A stretch of 32,000 nucleotides of DNA. Source: Puniceicoccaceae bacterium Marseille-Q1082 (GTDB lineage: Bacteria; Verrucomicrobiota; Verrucomicrobiia; Opitutales; Intestinicryptomonadaceae). Positions within the stretch are counted from its first letter, which is position 1; each line of letters opens with the position of its first letter. Under the pieces are notes generated by a model. The model saw only the letters and a list, made by a program, of their open reading frames with translations. It was not told the origin of the DNA and did not search any database. Positions 25,695 through 32,000 of this stretch are shown here, piece by piece. The position numbers and the translations under genes are program-made. The DNA is taken from NCBI GenBank assembly GCA_904424815.1, contig CAJGBI010000001.1:391010-423009 (forward strand), in the 5' to 3' direction.

Positions 25695-27467
25695 ATGGGC
25701 GAAAGCGGTTCAGGGGCGGAAGTCGAAATCAAGGGGTTTTCGGTTTCAAAGGGCATCGCGCACGGCGAGGCCTTCGTCCTGTTGCACAAGGAGCTCGAGA
25801 CCCCCGTCTACGAGATACGCGACTCCGACAAGCCCGCCGAAATCAAGAGGTTCGAGGCGGCGATTCTCAAGGCGCGCAAGGACATTCTCGAATTGAAGTC
25901 GGAGCTTTCCGCAAAGGTCGGCGAGGCCGAGGCCGCCATTTTCGACGCCCACATACTCGTGCTCGAGGACGTCGCCGTCATGCAGGAGACACTCTCGATG
26001 TTCGGCGAGAAAAACTACAACATCGAGTACTGCTATTCGAGCGTCATAAACAAGTTTATAGCCGCCTTTGAGCGCATAGACGACCCGTACATAAAGGAGC
26101 GCATCGCCGACTTCAAGGACGTATCGCGCAGGGTGTTGGGCAACATGCTCGGAGTCCAGACCGCCAAGATAGGGGCTTTCAGCGACCCGCTCGTGCTCGT
26201 GAGCTCCGACTTCGCGCCGGCGGATTTTTCCCTCGTTGACAAGAGCAAGATTTTGGCGATAGTCACCGAAAAGGGCTCGCAGACGAGCCACACGGCGATA
26301 CTTTCGCGCTCCCTCGGAATCCCGTGCGTGGTGGGCATTCCGGAGGTCGCCGAGAAGGTTTCGAGCGGCGACATGCTGCTCGTTGACGGCTACAACGGAA
26401 TGCTTGTCATAAACCCGTCCGAGCGCACGCTTTCGCACTACACGGAGCTCGAGTCCGCCCAGAAAGAAATCGCGCTCGTGTACGCCACCTCCCTGCCGTA
26501 TCCGTCGGTGACTCCCGACGGCCGCGCGTTTTCGGTCGAGATAAACATAAGCTCGCCGGAGGAGATTTCGGAGGATTCCGCCGTTGCCGCGTGCGACGGG
26601 GTCGGCCTTTTCAGAACCGAAAACTTTTTCATGGAGTTCGGCGGCTTCCCCGACGAGGAGAGCCAGTTCAAGGCGTACCGCGACGCCGCCCTCGCCGCGC
26701 GCGGAAAGCCGGTCGTCGTGAGAACCCTCGACCTCGGCGGCGACAAGAACCTGAGCCTCATGAAGGCGGTAAACAAGGAGGAAAACCCGTTCATGGGCTA
26801 CCGCGCCATAAGGTTTTGCCTCGACCACAAGGACATTTTTCTCGCGCAGCTGCGGGCGATTCTCAGGGCGAGCGCATACGGCAAGGTGAAAATCCTCCTG
26901 CCTATGATAAGCTCCATACGCGAGGTCGAAAAGAGCAAGCTTCTGATAGAGCAGGCCAAGGGCGAGCTAGAAAAGGAAGGGCAGCCGTTCGACAAAAACC
27001 TGGAGCTCGGGGTTATGATAGAGGTTCCGAGCGCGGCGCTCACGGCGGACGTCATAGCCGCCGAATGCGACTTCATAAGCATAGGCACCAACGACCTCAT
27101 TCAGTACCTTTTGGCGGTTGACCGCGTAAACGACCTCGTCGCCAACCTCTACGAGCCCACCCACACCGCGGTTATCCGCACGCTCGACATGGTGGTGGCG
27201 TCCGCCCTGAAAGCGGGAATACCCGCGTGCGTTTGCGGGGAGCTCGCGGCGGATCCGATTTTCGCGCCGCTTCTTTTGGGAATGGGGGTGACGGAATTCA
27301 GCATGTCGCCCAAGTCCGTAAGCGAGATAAAATTTCTGCTGCGCAAAGTTCCGTACGAAAAGGCGCGCGCCCTGCGCGACGAAGTTCTGGGCCTTAAACG
27401 CTCGCGCCAGATAGCGAGCTATCTGCGCTCCTTCCATTACGAGGCTCTCGAACGCTTCCTCAAATAA
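25695..27467 (+). CDS. ptsI: Phosphoenolpyruvate-protein phosphotransferase (PTS Enzyme I)
   Basis: EI blocks are present: the active-site His region GSQTSHTAILSRSLGIPCVVG, plus LFRTE, RTLDLGGDK, NPFMGYRAIR, MIEVPSAA and FISIGTNDLIQY. The start is uncertain. The track uses a GTG at 25647, which overlaps malQ by 14 nt. I list the first in-frame ATG at 25695 (MGESGSG...). Confidence 0.88.
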   Translation: MGESGSGAEVEIKGFSVSKGIAHGEAFVLLHKELETPVYEIRDSDKPAEIKRFEAAILKARKDILELKSELSAKVGEAEAAIFDAHILVLEDVAVMQETLSMFGEKNYNIEYCYSSVINKFIAAFERIDDPYIKERIADFKDVSRRVLGNMLGVQTAKIGAFSDPLVLVSSDFAPADFSLVDKSKILAIVTEKGSQTSHTAILSRSLGIPCVVGIPEVAEKVSSGDMLLVDGYNGMLVINPSERTLSHYTELESAQKEIALVYATSLPYPSVTPDGRAFSVEINISSPEEISEDSAVAACDGVGLFRTENFFMEFGGFPDEESQFKAYRDAALAARGKPVVVRTLDLGGDKNLSLMKAVNKEENPFMGYRAIRFCLDHKDIFLAQLRAILRASAYGKVKILLPMISSIREVEKSKLLIEQAKGELEKEGQPFDKNLELGVMIEVPSAALTADVIAAECDFISIGTNDLIQYLLAVDRVNDLVANLYEPTHTAVIRTLDMVVASALKAGIPACVCGELAADPIFAPLLLGMGVTEFSMSPKSVSEIKFLLRKVPYEKARALRDEVLGLKRSRQIASYLRSFHYEALERFLK

Positions 27468-27471
27468 AACC

Positions 27472-28902
27472 ATGCCCGACGCGAACACATTGCGCGCCAT
27501 AGCCGCCATGAGGGAGGCGGGGCTCGACGTCGCCGACTCCGGGGACGATTTGTTTTTCGCCTCGCTCGACCACTCGCGGCACAGCTTCATGCCCGCGGCG
27601 CGCGTGCGCGCGCGCAAAGATTGCGACATTTGCTCCGCGCTCAAAATCGCCTCCGAATTCGGGGTTCCGATATGCCCGCGCGGCTCCGGCACGGGATGCT
27701 CGGGCGGGTGCGTCCCCGTCCGCGGCGGCGTCGTACTCGACCTTTCGGCGATAAATTTTATCGAGGTTTTCCCGTCTGACAGAATGGCGCGCGTCGGGGC
27801 GGGGGCCGTGACGGCGGACGTGGACGCGCGCGCCGCGCAGTTCGGCCTGATGTACGCGCCCGACCCGTCGTCGCACAAATATTCGTCGATAGGCGGCAAC
27901 ATCTCCTGCAACGCCGGCGGGCTGCGCGCGGCAAAGTACGGCAACACCCGCGAGAACGTCCTGGCGCTCACCGCTTTTCTGCCCGACGGCCGCAGGCTCG
28001 AATGCGGAAGGCCGCTTAAAAAATTTTCCGTCGGCCCGAATCTGAGGGATCTTTTCATAGGCTCGGAGGGCACGTTCGGAGTGGTGGCCGAGGCGTGGCT
28101 CAGGCTCGTGCCGCGCCCGCGCGCAAGGCTTGCGGTAATAGCGTTTCCGCGCTCCGACTCGGATGCTTTCGACGCCGTAGAAAAGCTCATGCTCTCTCCG
28201 CTGACTCCGGCGATTTGCGAATTTATGGACGCCGACACCCTCGGGTGCGTGCGCGCCAAAAATCCGTCCGCCGAAGTGGACGCCCCGGCGGGGGCCGCCG
28301 CGCTGCTGTTGGAGTTCGACGGCGAGCCCATTCAAGTCCGCGCCGACGCGGAGGAGGCGGAAAGGCTGTTGGCGGGGTGCGGGGCGCGCGCGGCGCGCGA
28401 CGGGGCGGAGGCCGAGAGATTCTGGAAAATCCGCCGCGGCGCGTCGCAGGCGATGTACCTGCTCGCCGACTCCAAGGTAAACCAGGACATAGCGCTCCCG
28501 CTCTCGTCCGTCAAAAAATATTTCGAATTTTTCAAGAAGCTCTCGCGCGAGACGGGGTTGCCCTCTCCGGTGTTCGGGCATTCGGGCGACGGCAACTACC
28601 ACATCCACTTCATGTACGACTCCGCCGTTTCCGGAGCGCGCGAAAGGGCGTGGAATGCAATGGAGGCGGCCGTCAAAAAGGCGGTCGAGATGGGGGGCGC
28701 GGTGTCGGGGGAGCACGGCATAGGATTTTTGAAGTCGAAGTATATGCCCTTCCAGCACGGAGCGGACGAGCTCGAAACCATGCGCGCGCTCAAAAAGATG
28801 TTCGACCCAAAGAACATTCTCAACCCGGGCAAAATCTGTTTCCCCGGAGCGGTGAAGGATATTCCCGCGCCGCTCACGGGCGTTCGCCTGCCGTGGGATT
28901 AG
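27472..28902 (+). CDS. FAD-linked oxidase, GlcD / D-lactate dehydrogenase family
   Basis: The 476-aa ORF has the FAD_binding_4-type N-terminal half ([55 protein letters not shown]) and an FAD-oxidase C-terminal half ([17 protein letters not shown]). Substrate cannot be inferred from sequence. It starts 4 nt after ptsI. Confidence 0.8.
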   Translation: MPDANTLRAIAAMREAGLDVADSGDDLFFASLDHSRHSFMPAARVRARKDCDICSALKIASEFGVPICPRGSGTGCSGGCVPVRGGVVLDLSAINFIEVFPSDRMARVGAGAVTADVDARAAQFGLMYAPDPSSHKYSSIGGNISCNAGGLRAAKYGNTRENVLALTAFLPDGRRLECGRPLKKFSVGPNLRDLFIGSEGTFGVVAEAWLRLVPRPRARLAVIAFPRSDSDAFDAVEKLMLSPLTPAICEFMDADTLGCVRAKNPSAEVDAPAGAAALLLEFDGEPIQVRADAEEAERLLAGCGARAARDGAEAERFWKIRRGASQAMYLLADSKVNQDIALPLSSVKKYFEFFKKLSRETGLPSPVFGHSGDGNYHIHFMYDSAVSGARERAWNAMEAAVKKAVEMGGAVSGEHGIGFLKSKYMPFQHGADELETMRALKKMFDPKNILNPGKICFPGAVKDIPAPLTGVRLPWD

Positions 28903-28984
28903 CGCGCGGCGGGCGATAAGTCTTGCAACTTGCGGCGGCGTTTCGTATCGTTCGCCGTTTTATTCAACGCGACATTTCAAAATT

Positions 28985-30397
28985 ATGAAAAACGGCAAAA
29001 AAGACGCCCAGGCGAGCTGGGGAGGCAGGTTTTCAAAGGGGCCGAGCGAGCTCATGCTCAGGTTCAGCGAGTCGGTGTCATTCGACAGGCTGCTCGCGGA
29101 GTTCGACATACAAGGCTCCGTGGCGCAGGCCAAGATGCTCGCGCACACTGGCATCATTTCCAAGCGGGAATCCGCGCAGATAGTCGCGGGGCTATCCAAA
29201 ATCCTCAAAAAAATCCGCGCCGGCGAATTCGCGTGGGACGAATCCCTCGAAGACGTCCACATGAACATAGAGCAGGCGCTCACGCGCGATGTTCCCGCCG
29301 CCGCGAAACTCCACACCGCGCGCAGCCGCAACGACCAGGTCGCGACCGATATGCGGCTTTTCTTCAAATTTGCGTGCGCCGAGGCGTCCGAAAAAATAGG
29401 CGGGGCAATAAGGGTGCTCTTGAAGCTCGCCGACGGCAACAGGCATATATTGATACCAGGCTATACGCACATGCAGCGCGCGCAGCCGGTGAGCGCCGCG
29501 CACCACATTCTGGCGTGGGTGGAAATGCTCGCGCGCGACGCGGAGCGCTTCGGCTTTTGCGCGGAAGCGGCGAACGTCTCCCCGCTGGGCAGCGGCGCAA
29601 TAGCGGGTACGACCCTGCCGATAGACAGGCTGTACTCCGCCTCCGAGCTCGGGTTCACGGATCCCGAAACGGGCGACCCGATAGTCACCGGCAACAGCAT
29701 GGACGCCGTCGCCGACAGGGATTTGTTCCTCGAATTCGCCTTTGCGTGCGCGGTTTTCGGGACGCACCTTTCGCGCATTGCCGAGGACGTCATAATTTGG
29801 AACACGAGCGAATTCGCTTTTGTCAAGCTTCCAGACGAATTTACGACGGGCTCGTCGCTCATGCCGCAGAAGAAGAATCCGGACGCCTTTGAGCTGATGC
29901 GCGGAAAGTCCGCGCGGCTGATAGGCAATTTGAGCTCCATCTTTGCGCTCGTCAAGGGGCTGCCGCTGACCTACAACCGCGACTTGCAGGAGGACAAGCC
30001 GCCGGTGTTCGACTCTTTCGCCCAGATTTGCGTCTGCGCCGAAGTCCTTTCTGAATGCGCCCGCCGCATTGAGTTCAATCCGGATAAGTGCGCGGAGGCG
30101 GTTTCCGACCCCCTGTTGCTTGCGACGGACCTCGCCGACTACTTCGTGATGAGGGGCGTGCCGTTCAGGGAGGCGCACCACATCGTCGGCCGCCTCGTCG
30201 CGCTTTCGGAGAAGAAGTCGGTGCCTATAAACGAGCTTCCCGACTCAGACGTATTCGCGCTCTGCGACAGGGCGGATTCCTCGTGGAGGGAGGTTTTCGA
30301 TTTAAAGCGCGCCATGGGCATGCGCGAAAAAATCGGAATGCCCGGGCCGAAGCAGATTGAGGCGCAAATAGCCGCGTGGCGCGAGATTTTCGCATAA
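28985..30397 (+). CDS. argH: Argininosuccinate lyase
   Basis: The 470-aa ORF carries [14 protein letters not shown]...[31 protein letters not shown] and the fumarase/ASL signature [12 protein letters not shown]. Confidence 0.95.
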   Translation: MKNGKKDAQASWGGRFSKGPSELMLRFSESVSFDRLLAEFDIQGSVAQAKMLAHTGIISKRESAQIVAGLSKILKKIRAGEFAWDESLEDVHMNIEQALTRDVPAAAKLHTARSRNDQVATDMRLFFKFACAEASEKIGGAIRVLLKLADGNRHILIPGYTHMQRAQPVSAAHHILAWVEMLARDAERFGFCAEAANVSPLGSGAIAGTTLPIDRLYSASELGFTDPETGDPIVTGNSMDAVADRDLFLEFAFACAVFGTHLSRIAEDVIIWNTSEFAFVKLPDEFTTGSSLMPQKKNPDAFELMRGKSARLIGNLSSIFALVKGLPLTYNRDLQEDKPPVFDSFAQICVCAEVLSECARRIEFNPDKCAEAVSDPLLLATDLADYFVMRGVPFREAHHIVGRLVALSEKKSVPINELPDSDVFALCDRADSSWREVFDLKRAMGMREKIGMPGPKQIEAQIAAWREIFA

Positions 30398-30597
30398 CTT
30401 TGGCAGGGGAGCCACCCCGTCTTTGGCGAGATTCTGTAAATTTCAATTACATGTCTTATGAGTATGAGGCGTTATGTTGTAAGAGAATATATACGCCATA
30501 AAATATAGACGGGTATTTGATTGTTGTTAAATAAAAAATTTCTGGATGCTTCCCCTCTTGATTATTATGATTTATATGTACAAAAGAATTGGGTTTT

Positions 30598-31350
30598 ATG
30601 CATAAATCTATTGATACTTTTCTCAACAAAAATATATGCGGAGATTGTTTAGAGGTAATGCGGACAATGCCCGATGAGTCTGTTGATCTGATTGTGACGT
30701 CGCCTCCGTACAATCTTAAAAATTCGACCGGCAATGGCATGAAAGACGGCCGCGGCGGGAAATGGGCCAATGCCGCTTTGATAAACGGGTACGCCAATTA
30801 TGGTGATTGTATGCCCGCAGACGAGTACGCAAAATGGCAAAGAGACTGTTTAACGGAGATGTTTCGTTTGTTAAAAAATGACGGCGCTATTTTTTACAAC
30901 CACAAGTGGCGCGTGCAGGCGGGACTATTGCAAGATAGGCAGGATATAGTCTCCGGTTTCCCAATACGGCAAATTATAATTTGGCGGCGTAAGGGGGGGA
31001 TAAACTTTAATGCGGGATATTTTTTGCCAACTTATGAAGTTATTTATATGATAACAAAACCGGACTTTAAGTTGGCAAAAGGTGCAAATTCTTACGGCGA
31101 TGTCTGGGAATTCACTCAGGAAATGAAAAACCCGCATCCTGCGCCATTTCCTATAGCGATGATAGATAGAATCATCCAATCAACAAACGCAAAAATAGTG
31201 TTGGATCCTTTTATGGGCAGCGGAACAACTGCTATTGCCGCGTTGCAGAATGACAGATATTTTATAGGGATTGAAAAATCGCAGGAGTATGTTGAGATGG
31301 CAAATAGGCGGATTGCAGAAAATGATCGGCAATCTCAAATGAAATGGTAA
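30598..31350 (+). CDS. Beta-class DNA methyltransferase (N4-cytosine or N6-adenine; SPPY motif favours N4-cytosine)
   Basis: Motif IV is DLIVTSPPYN near the N-terminus and motif I is LDPFMGSGTTAIAA near the C-terminus, which is the beta-class order. These are features of the N6_N4_Mtase family (PF01555). The track starts at a TTG (30589). I prefer the ATG at 30598 (MHKSIDTFLN...). Confidence 0.9.
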   Translation: MHKSIDTFLNKNICGDCLEVMRTMPDESVDLIVTSPPYNLKNSTGNGMKDGRGGKWANAALINGYANYGDCMPADEYAKWQRDCLTEMFRLLKNDGAIFYNHKWRVQAGLLQDRQDIVSGFPIRQIIIWRRKGGINFNAGYFLPTYEVIYMITKPDFKLAKGANSYGDVWEFTQEMKNPHPAPFPIAMIDRIIQSTNAKIVLDPFMGSGTTAIAALQNDRYFIGIEKSQEYVEMANRRIAENDRQSQMKW

Positions 31351-31355
31351 ATGAA

Positions 31356-32000
31356 ATGTCTATAATTTATACAAAGGAATCTTTGATAGCGAGGCTGAAG
31401 GAAATTCGCAGTATGGGTTGGATTCAGGGCCGCGACACCAGAAATGACGGCAATGTCGGCAACACTTTGGAAGATTTGCTTGGAATTACGGAAAACAACC
31501 TGCCTATACCAAACGCGGCCGAATGGGAATTAAAAGCGCAAAGAAAGAATACGGCGTCTTTAATGACGATGTTTCACATGGAGCCTTCTCCGAGGGCGTT
31601 GCGCCTTGTCCCGCAAGAGTTGATACCCATATATGGGTGGAAGCATAACAAGAGAAACCGCGCTGGCGAACATTATGCGGAAAATGAAAGAAGTTTTCGC
31701 ATGACGATGAACGCAGTATCGCCAACAGATAGGGGATTTAAAATAAAAATAGATAAAAACGAGAGAAAGTTTATAGTTTATTTTGATGGGAATGCCGTTG
31801 ATTCTAGACATTCAGAATGGCTTGAAATGGTAAAGCAAAATTTATCTAACTTTAAGGATTACGTTGCTCCATACTGGGGTTTTGACGATGTATTTCATAA
31901 AGCGGGTAAGAAATTGCCAAATTGTTTTTACGTTGTTGCAGATAATAAAGTTGAAAACGGAAGAGAAATGTTTTTGTATGAAAAAATATATAAATTGTCT
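31356..32000 (+). CDS. MvaI/BcnI-like (MutH-related) Type IIP restriction endonuclease, partial (215 codons; runs off right edge)
   Basis: Not in the ORF track because no stop lies in the window. My translation from the ATG at 31356 reads MSIIYTKESLIARLKEIRSMGWIQGRDTRNDGNVGNTLEDLLGITENNLPIPNAAEWELKAQRKNTASLMTMFHMEPSP...YWGFDDVFHKAGKKLPNCFYVVADNKVENGREMFLYEKIYKLS. The frame is open to base 32000. The G..G..LE..LG...NN......E.ELK block followed by LT.FH..P recalls the N-terminal region of BcnI/MvaI and the MutH DNA-cleavage core as I remember them. It starts 5 nt after a methyltransferase gene. The family call is from memory, not an HMM. Confidence 0.7.
   Translation, partial: MSIIYTKESLIARLKEIRSMGWIQGRDTRNDGNVGNTLEDLLGITENNLPIPNAAEWELKAQRKNTASLMTMFHMEPSPRALRLVPQELIPIYGWKHNKRNRAGEHYAENERSFRMTMNAVSPTDRGFKIKIDKNERKFIVYFDGNAVDSRHSEWLEMVKQNLSNFKDYVAPYWGFDDVFHKAGKKLPNCFYVVADNKVENGREMFLYEKIYKLS

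Larger units (their letters stand above)
30398..32000. other. AT-rich, probably horizontally acquired islet carrying a Type II R-M system (right boundary outside window)
   Basis: Base composition changes visibly from GC-rich to AT-rich immediately after the argH stop. Codon usage of the two genes inside (AAA/AAT/ATA/TTT-rich) differs from all upstream genes. No integrase, tRNA or flanking direct repeat is visible within the window. Confidence 0.6.

Noticed and set aside
25746-28758. Minus-strand ORFs of 360, 454 and 432 aa opposite ptsI and the GlcD-like gene
   Set aside because: They are antisense to genes with unambiguous catalytic motifs, and their composition is Arg/Ala/Gly-biased without motifs. 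The 454- and 432-aa ORFs also overlap each other in different frames.
29192-30181. 329-aa minus-strand ORF opposite argH
   Set aside because: It is antisense to argH, which carries the exact fumarate-lyase signature [12 protein letters not shown]. The ORF is an Arg/Val/Glu-rich shadow.
30456-30797. 113-aa minus-strand ORF at the left edge of the AT-rich islet (possible controller or small defence gene)
   Set aside because: Two thirds of it is antisense to the N-terminus of the methyltransferase. The sequence has no helix-turn-helix-like pattern expected of a C-protein. No convincing start context or homology was recognised.
1-32000. Search for CRISPR arrays, tRNA/rRNA genes, IS elements, integrases, reverse transcriptases and toxin-antitoxin pairs
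   Set aside because: I saw no regularly spaced direct repeats and no cloverleaf-like segments with T-loop (GTTCGAATC-like) motifs in the few intergenic regions. No ORF has DDE, tyrosine-recombinase or RT motifs. This was scanned by eye only, so short or degenerate elements could have been missed.

Overview
GC-rich (about 60-65 % by eye), densely coding chromosomal segment from a diderm bacterium. I cannot assign taxonomy from the sequence alone. Most of it is housekeeping DNA in two long co-directional arrays.

(1) Minus-strand array, 16044 down to 3633: dsbD, lysA, a YbgC/4HBT-type thioesterase, a GT-C/ArnT-like polytopic membrane protein, a 1178-aa AsmA-like protein, panB, a small SET-domain methyltransferase and an 837-aa orphan lipoprotein. 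Junctions are tiny or overlapping, and the array ends at a strong bidirectional terminator shared with rhaT.

(2) Plus-strand array, 17547 to 30397: mreB, mreC, mreD, PBP2, a long-form PurF-like amidotransferase, malQ, ptsI, a GlcD-like FAD oxidase and argH.

The left end carries a partial glycerate kinase divergent from rhaA-rhaT. A lone beta-barrel OMP gene sits between the two arrays, next to a 378-bp AT-rich intergenic region. That region holds a perfect 16-bp inverted repeat, repeated short motifs and a plus-strand terminator-like hairpin.

Directly after the argH stop (30398 onward) the DNA becomes clearly AT-rich. It encodes a Type II restriction-modification pair: a beta-class SPPY methyltransferase and an MvaI/BcnI-like endonuclease that runs off the right edge. 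This looks like a horizontally acquired defence islet whose far end is not visible.

I found no rRNA, tRNA, CRISPR array, transposase or integrase. Many long ORFs in the track are antisense or alternate-frame shadows typical of high-GC DNA.

I do not see an unambiguous novel multi-gene system. The best candidates for follow-up are the truncated R-M islet and what lies beyond it, the panB-coupled SET-domain protein, the thioesterase / GT-C / AsmA-like envelope trio, the orphan 837-aa lipoprotein next to the rhamnose genes, and the structured 16045-16422 intergenic element.
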